DNA of 64,000 bases from Entomortierella parvispora E1425. Taxonomy: Eukaryota; Fungi; Mortierellomycota. A program made the translations under genes and the position numbers. Of this stretch, positions 22,922 through 35,872 are shown piece by piece. The notes under the pieces are model-generated. The model saw only the letters and a list, made by a program, of their open reading frames with translations. It searched no databases and had not been told where the DNA came from. Location: positions 930,001 to 994,000 of the forward strand of contig BQFW01000012.1 of assembly GCA_020891255.1 (NCBI GenBank). Direction: 5' to 3'. How positions within the stretch are numbered: position 1 is the stretch's first letter; each line of letters starts with the position of its first letter.

Positions 22922-25402
22922 TTAGCGACGCTCTTTTTCCTTGTACTTGATAAACTCGATCAAGTTCATTGCCGCTTCGTCGGCTCTATTCCGGAGATCC
23001 TTATCCTTGCGACGATCGATGTTTCTAACCATGAACTTGATCATCTTCACCAGTCCCTTCAGCTCTTGGTTAAAGTTCCCTTGGACGTAAACAGGCAGAT
23101 CATAATCAAACTCGGCATCAGCATAGACGTCATAGATTGCGTTCAATGCCTCCACGCAGGCCTCTGTGCTTGGTTTGTTTTTGAGGAGATTGATTAAGAA
23201 CTCCCCGATGACCTAGAATGACATAGGATGCATTCGATTAGTTGGACTATAGATATATGATATATGATCTAGTGAGTTGTCAATAAACAATAGTTGCCAC
23301 CCTTACCTTGTTATTCTCGATTGCCCCCTGGCGACGAGCTACAACCCCAAGACATCCAATCGCCTTCACACGCATACTGTCCGATGTAGTAGATGCGTAG
23401 GCGCCGATCAAGGCTGGAATATGAAAATCGCTCAAAGGAACATCGCCCTCCAAACCACGAGCCAGCGTCCACAGGCATCCGACAGTCGCGTCCAAGATGG
23501 CACCACGGAGCTCTTGACCCTTCTCTTCAGCTCCTACTTGAACACCTTTTCCTGCAATGACACCAGCTTGTTGGAATAGCCAGCTCCAGCACTGCTCAGC
23601 ATCAGCCTTTCGCTGTTTATACCACCAGCGTCCAGGCACAGCATCTGCCATGGTCAACAGAAAATTGTTAAGTGCCTCAATTGCCCTTAAATGGGTAGTA
23701 GCCAGTTGAGCTGTGATCAATGGCGCAACCGTGGCTGGCGTAGGAACCTCTTGCTCAGGAAACGATAAGGGTGTAGGTGTCCCGAGATGAATAAGAGCAG
23801 GGAAAACAGTGTTGATCAAAATGTTGATGATGGGATGACTGGATAAGTCCATAGGTACTTCAGCTGAAGCTGCAGCCAATTGCTCCATTTCCCGCAGCGT
23901 GTTCTCGTCCAAGTCGTCATCTTTCTTCGCATCATCCTCCATTTCATCCTCGTCGTCGTCGGCCTCCATATCGTCATCGGCGTTATCCTCACCCCAATCT
24001 TGCTCCTCGTTATCCTCGTGGTCGACGCCCTCAACACTCTCAGTGCAAACATTTGCAATCAGTTCCAAAGCGAGCTGAAGAGTTTGTAAACGGGTTTCAA
24101 TTAGAGCAAGAGTTTGCTCCTCGGTAGTTGCTGGCTGGTTTGGTTTTGACAAGTCAATCTCTTGTTTTTGTGAATTCTATAAAAGTGAAAAGTATTTGTA
24201 TTAATATCGCTTCGAAGCTTGTGCAACAATGTGGCACAGGCAAAAAAATTCAAACATACTGCGACTTGTGCTGCTGCAGCAGCGTCTGTGCTGGCCTTCT
24301 GTAAGTCGAAGTTAAGAGCACTGCTGAGAACAGGGAGAACGGCGTTATGAATATCTGAAAAGTCGCTGTCAGCAGCCTTGGGCGAAATGATGGAACGCAA
24401 ATTGATAACAATTCCACAGGCAAGTGTCTTGATCAAGAGCTCTTCCTCTGCCTCGACATTTGTGTTCAAGATGGCCATAAAAGGCTTAACGTAGTCTGGG
24501 TTCTTGACGAAAACAACCCTGCAATCCGGATTATCATCAGTCAAGGTATAGAGACACTGAGCTGAAATTTACAATGAATAAAAAATCAGCATTAAAATTT
24601 GAAAGCGCTTGATTTGTATCGTCTGACCTCAAGCAAGACCTCCATATCAGTAACTCACCTGCAGCAACAACGACTCTGGGGGGCAGCTTGCCGACGTTGC
24701 TCACAAAGGCCATCAAAAAAGGGATGACATTAAGCCCATTGACAAACTTCAGCGCCTTTTCCGAGTGCTCGCACATGGCCCAAACGACGCTTATAACGTT
24801 TTCGGCCCAATCCCAGACAGTCTTCCGTTTCTCCTGTTCTTCGCCTGAGGTCGAAGGAGCAGTAAGCATATTGTCGATCATTGTATTAAGTGCTGGGATC
24901 AGGGCGGTGACGGGTGTAAGAACATTCTTGTTGTACATCTCGCTGATGACCTCTTGTCCGCCAACGACAGTCAGGTTCCGGAGAGCGCCCAAAGCCTCAA
25001 CCACTACTTCGTGTTGCGAGTCTGTTAACCGTTCAATCAAGGCTCCGATGAGGTTTCTACTGAGCATCAGGCGACGAGTAGCAGCATCGTGCATCAACAA
25101 GTTGCTTGCGCCAGCAGCAGCCCAGGCGCGTTCGTTCGGATCTGTCGAAGAGAGCTGTAAAAAAAAAATGGTCAGCCACGTTAGCTCTCAAATTCAGGTA
25201 TAACATGGCCAACCATCAAGGTGCTGGCATAGACTCATGGACTACGACATGTGAAAGAGATTACCTTCTGAATCAAGGGCAGAATGGTTTCAACAGGGAC
25301 AGGTTGCAATGCCTCAGCCGCAATAACTTCGGCGGTAGTCTGCATGCCTGTGGCATTGTGGCGCTTTTGCTTCTTTTTGTTGTTGTTCTTGACCTTTCCC
25401 AT
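22922..25402 (-). CDS. SYO1: Synchronized import protein 1 / HEATR3-like ARM/HEAT protein (5S RNP chaperone)
   Basis: ATG at 25402 with a basic N-terminus (MGKVKNNNKKKQKRHNATG). ARM repeats VVVEALGALRNLTV and ISVVWAMCE, an acidic loop, and C-terminal ADEAAMNLIEFIKYKEKE. Multi-exon. Confidence 0.75.
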
Positions 25403-26316
25403 GGCGGTGCGGTTGATTGCTGGGTATGATGAAGAAAAAAGATGAAGGACCTAAACGTGGAGCGACTATAGCCCACCGTTTAAAAAAAAGAAAAAAAAAA
25501 TGAACATGGAGAGTGGCGGTGGCTTGTGTTGTCAAAAGTGACTGCATCTGAAATCCGGTTTGGGCATGGAGCGAAGCTCAAATTGGTGTTGGCGGCGAAC
25601 CAATGAAGTGCTGTACCCTCCATTGCCGTAATTTCAGATTTTATCCATGTTGGTCCTGTGAGCAAAGCCTTCGAAGTTTCCGCTGGAATGGATGTTGAGC
25701 CACTTGCACTGTAGGAGAAAAAAATGCTCTTACAAATGCGAGAGTGAGAACACAATCTGCTGGTCTAACACTTTTTCTTTCTACTTCTGCCCCTTTGTCC
25801 ACATTTTTGTCAAACCCTACCTGCACTCCATTTTTGCCTTTGTCCATCCCCTTTTTTCACTCACAACGGTCGCAGCAGCTTGAGGAGACAAGATACTTTT
25901 TTGGAGCACTCCCAAATCTCTCGCACCTCCTTGTTTTTTACTATCATTTGCTGAACACACTGTTGCCACTCTCAAGAGTTTGTCCATTCCACAGCAAAAC
26001 CCTCAAGCCCATCTATCCCCACTTTGTATAACCATTGGAGCATCAACCAAGCGAACGGTCACTTTTTTTCCAGATTGTCCTACATTTCTGCAACCTTCAC
26101 AGGAGGTGAGTACTATCGCGTAGAAGTAGCAGTGGTGGCCCATCGATAAAACCAACGCAGTAGTTGCCGATGGTATTCTTTGAAAAGGCAAAATTGTGTG
26201 CATACCCTGTTTCTTGCCCAACGCCAATCACACGCCAACCACACGCTGACCACCAACCCACTGTAATTTCTTTTTGTTTTTTTTTAGTTCGTGTCGCCCA
26301 TATTTTTAATTTCTTA

Positions 26317-28035
26317 ATGTCTGCGGTGTCAGACTCCGTGCCTGGGTCCCCAGCCATGGACCCATCGTCAACCTCCTTCTCTTCGTCGACCTCATCTCCC
26401 TCCCTCTTTCTCTCCAGTGGCACACATCCATCTTCTGCATCTTCGTCTTCTCGCATCCGCTCTCATCCCTCACTGCTGTGCCTTCTCCTAATCATCTGCA
26501 TTACTCTCACGTCGTCGATCTCTCAGACAGCTGCATCTCCGCCATCGACCCTTATCTCACCTATCCAGTCCCTTGGCCCAACTCCACATCAGGCACCCGC
26601 ATTCATCTCTACAAAAGACAAGTCGACATCCTTACCGCCAATTGACCCGCTTTCCGTGTCTTTGGACTCCCATTTGAGAAAGCGACAAGCAGAGCCTGTG
26701 GTCACCTCTACCGGAGCCAAACCGGCAGCTCAAACCTCAACTTCAACGAAATCCACAAAATCAAAGACGGTCATGTCTACCTCAGCTGCTCCAGCAGCTA
26801 CCACAACCTCTATGATAACACCAATCCCTGACTCAAAGGGTGACACGGCCCTGTTCGGGAAACCATCGGTGATTGGAGGATACAACTTGACCTCCGGTAT
26901 CTTGATCTACAGTGCATTTCTTATTCTGTTCCTTGTCTCTGTCGGCGCTGCAACATGGCAGAGAGCAAAGTACAGGGATCAATTCAGGAAGCAACAAAAC
27001 AAAATGGAAGGCGGGAAAATCGTACCTTCTGCCGATGGTGGAAAATCCCGGCGTGGACACGGCAACACCAGCGAAGCAGAATTGAGCGATGCCGCTTTGT
27101 TTAAACAGGCGTCAATTAGCAAGAGGGCTCTGATGAAGGACGTTGGACCAGGAGGAGTCCTTGCAGCGAACGAAGCTATGAGAACAAAGATTGCAGTCGC
27201 AAATGGAGCAGGCAGATCATTTGAAGATCGCCAACAACAGCAATCGTCTGTGCGATTCGGGGATGGTAATATAGCGTCGGCATCTGGAGGACGATCTGGA
27301 GGTATGAAGAAGAGCTCAGCTCCAAACATCAGAGGAACGGGCCAGGATGGGTACGAGATGAATTCTTATGGCCAGGTCGAGGATCCTCTGTCCTATTACC
27401 AGGATAACCAGGATACAACCGATTACTCTCGACCTCCGCTCACGGAATTGCATGACCCATATTACTCGTCCGGGAGTTCCCATGGCGGGTATTTGGAACA
27501 GGTTGAGGACTACCATAGCACACCTTCCGGTGGCAGCAATCCACATATGTCTAAGGCAACTTCCCAAGGACAGCCAAAGTTCCAGCCTCAGGTATTTGTT
27601 CAAAGAACCAATTCTAGCAGAATGCCTCAGACAGACCTTCACGATGGGAACAACATTCTCCGGTCCAACTCTGGTCAAAGGCATGTCACCGGTGCGCCTA
27701 CACGTAACGGCTCTGGTGGAGCCTCCCGAGCAAACGCTCCAGGAGCACCTGTTCCCAGCCGGATAACGACCCAAGGCCTTCTGGACCGATCAGGATCTGG
27801 TGGTAGCAGCAGGACGAACTCTCCTATTGACGGCGGCATGACCCGAAATCTCAGCAACGCAAGCAGTGGTCGCACCCGAGTGTCGCCTAGTCCGACGCTT
27901 ATGCATCCCACTCCTATTGCTCGATCCAACAGCACCAGGCTCCCGCCCTCAATGCGGGGAGGTGTTGGCACGTCCTCTGCTCAACAAGGCCCCTCGGGGC
28001 TTAGCCAGCAAACAAATAATCACGACTATATGTAG
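26317..28035 (+). CDS. Hypothetical single-pass membrane protein (signal-like stretch, KR site, S/T-rich ectodomain, TM helix, long disordered tail)
   Basis: Uninterrupted ORF; ATG at 26317 or 26356. LLCLLLIICITLTSS, LRKRQ, T/S-rich stretch, GILIYSAFLILFLVSVGAATW followed by basic residues. Confidence 0.65.
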   Translation: MSAVSDSVPGSPAMDPSSTSFSSSTSSPSLFLSSGTHPSSASSSSRIRSHPSLLCLLLIICITLTSSISQTAASPPSTLISPIQSLGPTPHQAPAFISTKDKSTSLPPIDPLSVSLDSHLRKRQAEPVVTSTGAKPAAQTSTSTKSTKSKTVMSTSAAPAATTTSMITPIPDSKGDTALFGKPSVIGGYNLTSGILIYSAFLILFLVSVGAATWQRAKYRDQFRKQQNKMEGGKIVPSADGGKSRRGHGNTSEAELSDAALFKQASISKRALMKDVGPGGVLAANEAMRTKIAVANGAGRSFEDRQQQQSSVRFGDGNIASASGGRSGGMKKSSAPNIRGTGQDGYEMNSYGQVEDPLSYYQDNQDTTDYSRPPLTELHDPYYSSGSSHGGYLEQVEDYHSTPSGGSNPHMSKATSQGQPKFQPQVFVQRTNSSRMPQTDLHDGNNILRSNSGQRHVTGAPTRNGSGGASRANAPGAPVPSRITTQGLLDRSGSGGSSRTNSPIDGGMTRNLSNASSGRTRVSPSPTLMHPTPIARSNSTRLPPSMRGGVGTSSAQQGPSGLSQQTNNHDYM

Positions 28036-28096
28036 AGCTCGATACAAACATAGAAATACATCCTCCAATAGCTTTTTTATTTTTTCAGCGACATTC

Positions 28097-29155
28097 CTAG
28101 AATGAACCCAGACCATGCTCGACAGCCCTAATCATCTTCTTCTTGTCTTCCAATCCTACGCTCTGATTTTGGCCGATCAATAGGCTAACGTTCTTCAGTA
28201 AGTCTTCCCGCTCCTGAGACGACTTTGCTCCGGTGCTGAGTAATGAACGAGGGTCGCTGACTCTTTTATAGTCGCCTCCCAAACGCTCCAATCGTCTCCA
28301 AGATCTTTCCCCAGCAGCGTCCGTGCTTGTCGACGTCTCGTCTGATCCAACCTCATACTTCAATCCAGCTATGTGCCTCACATTTCCATTGTTGAAACGG
28401 TTAATCGGGTTTCTGGGATTCATGATCTCTTGAAAGTTCTGTGTCATATGGAACAGAAACTTTGCGTTTTCAGCCGAAGAGCATGAAATATCTGATCCTT
28501 TACGGTGATCCTTATCCTTGTCGCCCTGAATGGTTGCCAAATCTTGAATCAAACTCTGCTCAACTTCGGGGTCCAATACTCCGTGTGAACGAGCCCCTTG
28601 AATGTGAGCGGAGAAAGCTACACCTGTGTTCATCATTGAAGTAATGTTGCCATTGATCTGGTTCATGGCCACCGTCCCTGCTGCAGGAATCGATCCTCTC
28701 CCGGTTGCAACATCAGCGTAAAGAGGGCGAGACTCCAGCACTGAGCTCACTTCCCAATCAACCCTGTCTGTGAACTGTAGCTCTTTTGTAGCGTCATATG
28801 GGATCGTGGGTGGGGCCTTGAAGCGAGGCGCAGGGGCGTCTTGAAACCTTTTGGGGGGGTTCTTGCCTCTGTTGTTAGTGCTACGATGGCCAAAGTCTGT
28901 ACGAACAGTGCGATTGGCCACCTCACTGCGGCGACGAGGAGACTGATACGGCGCCTTTACGGGAGAACTCGCGAAGGAAGCGGCAGATTGTGCAGCGGCA
29001 TCAGACTCGGAGATCACAAAGCTGTCCATTGCGGATGGCTCACGAGTGTCGATCCTGTTGCCAGCGGCAATGGCGAATCCTCGGGCAGGCAGAGCTGCAG
29101 CCCGGTAGCAGGCTGGAACATGAGCAGCTACAAGGGCGATCTGGCGGGGTAGCAT
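28097..29155 (-). CDS. Hypothetical protein, probably mitochondrial
   Basis: 352-aa intronless ORF. The Arg/Ala-rich, acid-free N-terminus looks like a presequence. No family recognised. Confidence 0.65.
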   Translation of the reverse strand: MLPRQIALVAAHVPACYRAAALPARGFAIAAGNRIDTREPSAMDSFVISESDAAAQSAASFASSPVKAPYQSPRRRSEVANRTVRTDFGHRSTNNRGKNPPKRFQDAPAPRFKAPPTIPYDATKELQFTDRVDWEVSSVLESRPLYADVATGRGSIPAAGTVAMNQINGNITSMMNTGVAFSAHIQGARSHGVLDPEVEQSLIQDLATIQGDKDKDHRKGSDISCSSAENAKFLFHMTQNFQEIMNPRNPINRFNNGNVRHIAGLKYEVGSDETSTSTDAAGERSWRRLERLGGDYKRVSDPRSLLSTGAKSSQEREDLLKNVSLLIGQNQSVGLEDKKKMIRAVEHGLGSF

Positions 29156-29310
29156 GGTGTCGAGGGGAAAGGGAAAACCTGATCACTCGCGGCGATCAGT
29201 ATTTTGAGCCTTATTAGCCCGCACGATAAAGCACTTACCATGACGTCATTCCGCGCTCGCCGCGGGCGTTTCCCTTGAAAAGAAAAGCACGAAGTCTTCG
29301 CTTACTCGAC

Positions 29311-30210
29311 ATGGAGCAAAACACATCAAAGTACAAGACCATGGAAACCACGTGGTACACCGACGCAACCAAATACTGGGATACGGTCCCTGCAACAATC
29401 AATGGAATGCTTGGGGGACTGGGGCAACTCGCAAGGCCAGATGCTGTCTCATCTCTACGCTTTCTTTCAGAATTTGTGAACGCTCCTGCAAGCTCCACCT
29501 CGGCCTCTATCGTCAATCCTCATGCTGCTGAAGTCGCGGAGAATAGTAGTGCTCGACGTCAGAAACTACCACTACCTGGATCAGGGCCCTCCCGTGTTCT
29601 TGACTGCGGTGCAGGTATTGGGCGAGTGACAAAGCAGGTGCTCATCAAGGCCTTTGATCATGTTGACCTTGTCGAAAATTCCGCTGTGTTTGTTAAGCAG
29701 GCTCGCGAAGAGTATCTCAGGCCCGAGATCGAATCGGGGAAAGTAATCGAAGTTCGATGCTCAGGATTACAAAACGTGGTTTTTGAAGGGTCAACCTGGG
29801 AAGGCCGTTTCGATGTTATTTGGTGTCAATGGGTCCTTGGTCATTTAACAGAAGGTAAACAGTAACGAGGCGGCCATTTTTACCGTCTGAACCGGTGCTA
29901 ACCTGCTCTTCTTTCCACTGCCGATTGGGCGTAAATAGAAGACTTGATTGCATTCTTTAACAGGTGCAAGAAGGGTCTAAAACAAGGCGGGATGATTTTT
30001 GTCAAGGAAAATAATGCAAAGGTTGGAATTGTCATTGACGAAGAAGACAGCAGCATGACGCGCTCGGATCAAGTCTGGAAAGAGATGTTTGAAAAATCAG
30101 GCTTGAGGCTGTTGAAAGAAGAGGTCCAAAAAGGTTTTCCTTCTGGTCTGTTTGCGGTCAAAATGTACGCCCTTGAGCCATTTAATAAAGTCAAAGGTGA
30201 TCGGGAATAA
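29311..30210 (+). CDS. NTM1: Alpha-N-terminal protein methyltransferase
   Basis: Exons 29311-29854 and 29939-30210. Motifs ATINGMLGG, LDCGAGIGRVTK, FDVIWCQWVLGHLTE, VKEN and DEEDSSMTRS. Confidence 0.92.
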
Positions 30211-33200
30211 ATTGAGCTTCAACATATTCAGCATCATCATCCTCGCCGTAATCATTTTCTATGCTATCCACAGTTGACGAAGACTTGAACTCACTGCCAG
30301 GACCAGATGACACAACAGAATCCGACTCAGAAGAGGAAAATGCTGTGGCTTGTCTCTCCGTTATCTGCTGTGCGTTGGTCCTTAAATGCGTGGCGTCGAT
30401 AGCGGCAATTGGCCCCTGATTTGCTGTCCCTGAAACTCCATTTTTTTCCAGGTTTTGCCAGGTGCCAGGTGCACCATTTTCATCAGTCATAGAATTTCTG
30501 CATGATGGTGCTGTCTCGCCATGTGTGTCTGCTTCGATGCCGTCGCCACTATGGCTATGGTCATGCTCGGTGAAAGTTCCACCTTCTCCCAACAAGTGGT
30601 CTTGGGTACCAGAGTCAGAACTAGCTCCTTGTCGGTCTGCAGCCCCTACTTGGGAAAGGTCGTCGACTTGGATAACAACAGTGACGGGAACTCTTATCAC
30701 AAAATCTTTCAATTTTTTGACTTGGACGGCTGACGATTTGGTGCGCTGGTGGAAGGAGGGTTGGAACTGATGTGAGGATGACGCTGGCACCTTCGAATGA
30801 TACTGTTGCTGTGATAGACCGTCACTATTGCTCCCAGCAGCTACTAGGCTCGTCTTTGCATTCAAAGCGGTAGAAGAGGCCTTTTTCTTGAGGGCTTCCA
30901 AGGCACCTGCAACCACAGCCATAGGACCACCTCCAGCCCCGATAGAATATGTTGCGCTCTGTCCGCTCTGGCTGCTAATGGACGACGTAGCTCTAATACC
31001 AGATGTCCGTTGCTGGAAATCGAAGTCTGAGTCTGGATCCAGCAAACCCGCAGTCGAATTCAAAAACGTCAATGCTGGCTGCATGGTTGTAGATGTCAAA
31101 GGGACAGCTGACGTGGTGACGGCAGAAGCACTACCTGCGGAGGATGTGGTGTGCACAGATGCCGTTGCGCTTGTATGCTCGGACAGGGTGGAAGATGTTC
31201 CTTCTGGGGCCGAGAATTTGCCATTATGGGCACTTCTTGGGCCAAGAACCCCGTCATCATCAGGCATGTCCTTCCAGGAGGAGAGACGATCTCCTTTGGA
31301 TATACTGTCTCCTATAATATTAGACCCATAAGCGGAGAGCTCTTGGCGAATCTTAACAAGCTGCAGTTGATGCTCCTCAATAGCTTCTAGATCCAAATCC
31401 TTGTAATCCTGCTCGAATTCACCTTCATGTTCCAACACGTCGATAGATAGTCGGAAACTCAGATAGTGCTTCACTTCGATGCGAGACTTGATGGCGGCAT
31501 GTTGAGCAGCAGTAGGCCCCCGATACCCCCCCTCACCCGTCTGTGGGCCATGGGCACTTCCATGATTGTATTGACGGTATGAACGATTGAAAAGCTCTTG
31601 AGGTGCTATATCGGTGTCATCGACATCGTAAGCTTTATCTCTAGCTCTTGTCATACCAGCAAACTGATGGGACTCTTCGATCGCAGCTATGCCAGTCTTT
31701 CCTTGTTTCCTTTCTCCAGAATACTCCAGCTCGTCCAGGCCCTCCGAACCGACTGTGCCCCATCCAGAGGATCTGCTGGCAACTGCCTCGTCCATACACC
31801 CAGCCGGTTCATTGTTAACAGGACTCACATTGGTGCCCATCATGGCCATATTGTAGATCGCCTGGGTGGTCGGATAGCCAGCAGATCCATCACCTGCGGG
31901 ACTTGAGGCGGATCTTGTTCTTGGAGATCGAGCATTGGGCATGTACAGTGGAGTGGTGTCGAGCGACTTCTTTTTGAGAGGGGATGGGGTTTCAACAGAA
32001 GGCCAGGAAAATGTTTGTCGTAGTCGAGGAGAATCCAGCGGGATGGGGATCAACAGCATGAAAGGCTTGGAAGGATGGAGGCTGTCATTTTGTGGTGAGG
32101 TATGATGAGACAGCTGAAGAGCGGACGAGGGTGACGACGGTAGGATACTTGGTGAAGCACTATGAGAAGCAACAGGCTCTTCACCGTAACCCCTTGTAGT
32201 TGTTGGCAGCTGATGGCCCGACAAGCTGTTAGGATGCAATGGGCGTGTAGCCATTGAAAAGATAGACTCCGTATCGACGTTCTCCATCGGGGGGGAGTTA
32301 GTCATTGCGGTATTGTCCCAAAATACAGTAGCTGCTGGTTGTGGTGGCCCGTGAGTTCGTTGGAGTTGCATTGAAGAACGCATGCGCTCACGCTCCTGCT
32401 CTTTGTCAGAATATGTAAACGCAGGCGCCAATGCGAATTTGATCGTCCTGCTTCCGCTACTGCTTGAGCTTGTCGGTATACGACAGCTCTCTTTCTGCCA
32501 GAACTCGCACTTTACTTTTCGCACTCGAAGTTCCCTACGCCAAGCTCGGCGCTGGGGTGTCATAATAGGAGCAGTTGAAGAGACAGGAGTGCCACTGACA
32601 ATCTCGCTTCCTGAGACCTGGGAGTGTTGACCTGCAACGCTGACCCCTGGCGGGTGCTGTGTTTCCGATAGCAATTGCTTTCTACCTGCGGAAGCAGACA
32701 CATGTGTAGGCAAGGATGTTACGTTTTGGAGTCTTTTTTTTAACTGCTCGTTCTTGTTGATGTCTTGCTCTGTGACTTTCCTCACAGTCAGAGCAACCTG
32801 AAAATTATCGAGGTACCGAGGGTTGATCTCAAGCCCACGAGGGTGAAGTGAAAGCCCTTCCTGGGGCGGTGGCTTATTCTGAGGATCACCAAAAAGAGAG
32901 TGTTGTTGACCCTGCTTAGTGAGAACAAGACCTCCTTTCTTTGGGTCTGGTATCAACTGAGACGTTTGTGCGTAGCCTCGTATAGGTATTAACGATGGAA
33001 TCTGGATTTGAACTTGGATACGAGCATTGGGGATTATGGCCTTCAGCCGTCTTGTTCCAGGCAACGTTGGCAAAGCCATAGAAGGCGGAGGTAAAAAGAA
33101 GGATGGGTTTGAGGACGTGTTTGGAGGCGGCTTAATAAAGTAGAGTTTCAAGATCTTGCGGATTAAAAATGGCAACAGCTCGTGGTTGGGATTATCTGGA

Positions 33201-34323
33201 TCCTGGGGATGAGCATCTAATATTGCGTTGTAACGAGGTTAAGAAAAGCAACATCGGCAAGGATATAACAACATCGCCGTCATTGCCATCCGCATTGGAT
33301 TCACCTGTGATAGAATTAAGCGCCTCGGCTTGTAAAAGTGTTTCGTTTCTTTTACGAAGGCTCTGCTTGATAAACTCGTCGTGTTGATTCCCAACTTTGA
33401 AATCTCCAGCTTGCTGAATTTTTTTGGTCTTTTGCCCTACACGTAACTTCCCGAACGCGTTGGCCAATGATCTAGTGGGACCTATAAATGCTTGTCATAT
33501 CAGCTATCCTTCCAAAGCCATCACTAGCCTTTTGTATGCGCGATATTAAAATGAAATACATACCTTCAAAGCCCTTCAATAGACTAGAGCCACTTTGAAC
33601 ACGGTCAAGTCCGTGCCCATGATTGTGGCCCAACTTAGGCTCTGCGAAGGACGCCGATGCATTTGCGGTACATAGCACGTTAGGTGTCCTTGCATTACCG
33701 TCCTGATCAACATCGTCCCAACGGAACAGACATTTCGCTTCCAGCTCATACCAGACGTTGCCCATAGACCCTTCGAAACTCTCAGGTCGAACCTCTTGGT
33801 CAGTCACAGGCAGCAGCCACTCCCATCGCCATTCGTCCGCAGGAATCTCGATCCGGCCAGCGCCTAACCCTTCTGAATTGGAGTGTTTTGACGGCTCTCT
33901 TATCACAGCGACATATATCTCATCTCCTTCCTCCACCTGACGGTCCTGAAAGGCCAGCTGCATTTTTTTTTCCCACACAGTCTGAGACCAGCCTTGTTTC
34001 TCTAGCTCGAATGTGACCAGGTCCTGCCGAGTCCAGCCGATAGCTTCTTTTAGTCGCAGATGCAAAGCCAAGGAAACGAAATGAAATTTTTTGTGGGGAA
34101 TCTTTGGAATATGAAGCAGCAATCTTCCGGATACCGAAGGACGATCAGTCGAAATTTCGGTATGATGAGGTTGAAACGAAAGCATCGGCGTATTCCTAGC
34201 GCTGGGTTTATGCAGAACCGCACCATGAGCGCTCAGCTGAACAGGGTCTTGAGGCTGATGCTGGTGGTGCTTGTCTTTGACAAGTGGGATTTGATGCACC
34301 CATTCCTTGTTGCCTCCACTCAT
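30191..34323 (-). CDS. Large hypothetical protein with arrestin-fold-like segments and long disordered regions
   Basis: Three exons joined in frame via intron 33482-33563 and a second intron ending near 33216. Beta-strand-like segments VSGRLLLHIP, FVSLALHLRLKE, WRWEWLLPV, VWYELEAK, RKVKCEFWQKESC and EVKHYLSFRL. The fold call is an inference. Confidence 0.6.
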
Positions 34324-35051
34324 GTTCTGTGAATTTACAGATAGGACAGAGAAACCTACATAGTGAAAATGACGGAAATGAGCTGCCTAATACTGGAACC
34401 TACTTGTATGAGGCTTCACTCAAATACCAAGAACGCCTTAGACAATCCATTCCCAGCCTATTGTCGATTTCCGACATTCGTTTGATCGAATTTAAGAATT
34501 TAATCTCTTGTTCGAATGCAATGAGCGAATCATAGTGAAGAGAATAGATCCTTTCATGCAGCCAACAGACCCTGGAACAGCATTCGCAAAAGGCGGCCGA
34601 AGGGGTTGACAGCGCTATACTGGTTCTGTATATGTGGCCACACGACCATGGGCATGCTCCAGAGTACTAGGCTCCATGAAGCAGGAGCACTCCAGAATGA
34701 AAATTGATAAAACGCAATGGTGTCCTGGGTTTGTACCTGAGATGCTGACTGCGACTGCCAAGGTGATGTGACCAAATAACTTGAAGTTGCAGAGAGAAGG
34801 CGAAAAAGAAAAAAGTGCGAAGGGGCGAGACGGCCGTTGGAATTAGGGTAAAGTGTTAAGGAGAGTGCGCGCACAAAAGTGCGGAAGAAAAAAGGGTGAC
34901 GAACCGTTCAATATTCGAGCTCAATTGACAAAGAGGAATATCTCTGTTGAGAGCAGATAAACAGTGAAATTGTGGTTCTCTCCTGTCTTGTCTGGCCATT
35001 GATTTGTAAAGCGTTTGTCGACTCCGTTTATTTCAGGTGGTGGCTCTACCT

Positions 35052-35637
35052 TCAATCTCTTCCAGCCAGAAACTTCTCCAAGAAACCCTCGGGCTTGGGG
35101 GGGGCATCGTCCTTGATGAAATAGCGCATGATATGAGTCTCCTGCTTCCATGCGTTCATTGTCTCTTGATATTCAGAACGACCCTTGAACAAAAGAATAT
35201 CAATCACAGCCAAGTCCTTAACATCACGGTGGCGTTCAAATTCCTCGCGGATTTTAGTACGGATCTGTGACATCGGCATGTCGATCTGATGTGTCCTCAT
35301 GATTTCTGGGACCTAATAAAATGACCCGAAAGACGAAAACGATGGATTATGTGTCAGAATCGGTGAACAAATTGAACTGCGCCGACCTCGTTCTCTCTTT
35401 TCAAGGATCAAGGATCAAGGATCAAGGCTCTCCATGGCAATTAGCGCGCTGAAACAAGAAACCCCTGTATCCTCTGCATTGCTCGCAATCTTTCTCCTAA
35501 AGAGCCATTTAGGAACTCGGAGCACTTACTCCACGTTGGAAATCGCGGTAAAGGTGGAGCACACTCTGACGGGCAGCAGAGAGTGATGGTGACTGAGCAG
35601 TCACCACAGACAGATGGGCAGCCATGGCAGCAGACAT
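35052..35637 (-). CDS. NDUFA6: Complex I LYR-motif subunit NDUFA6 (B14)
   Basis: Exons 35637-35530 and 35312-35052. Spliced protein ...VLHLYRDFQRGVPEI...IREEFERHR...VIDILLFKG...QETMNAWKQETH...FLEKFLAG. Confidence 0.92.
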
Positions 35638-35760
35638 GATGAGCGAATGAGGTACGCGGAGAAGAAGCGGATGAGGATGGATAGCATGTGCTCCACTCCG
35701 TAATATTAGAACGAATCCACCCCCTCCACCCCAGGCTTCCGTGCATTTAGCGCTAGAATT

Positions 35761-35769
35761 ACGTCACCG
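35761..35769 (+). repeat. Candidate 9-bp target-site duplication ACGTCACCG (left copy)
   Basis: Identical 9-mer at 43372-43380. 9 bp is the typical Mutator TSD length. Confidence 0.55.
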
Positions 35770-35872
35770 AATGGTTCCGCAATCGCACGCCAAGCCACAG
35801 AAGCCCCAACGCAGGCCTTGTATTTGCTAATACACATAAATAGCCTGACTAAAATAACTAAAATAAAAACTA

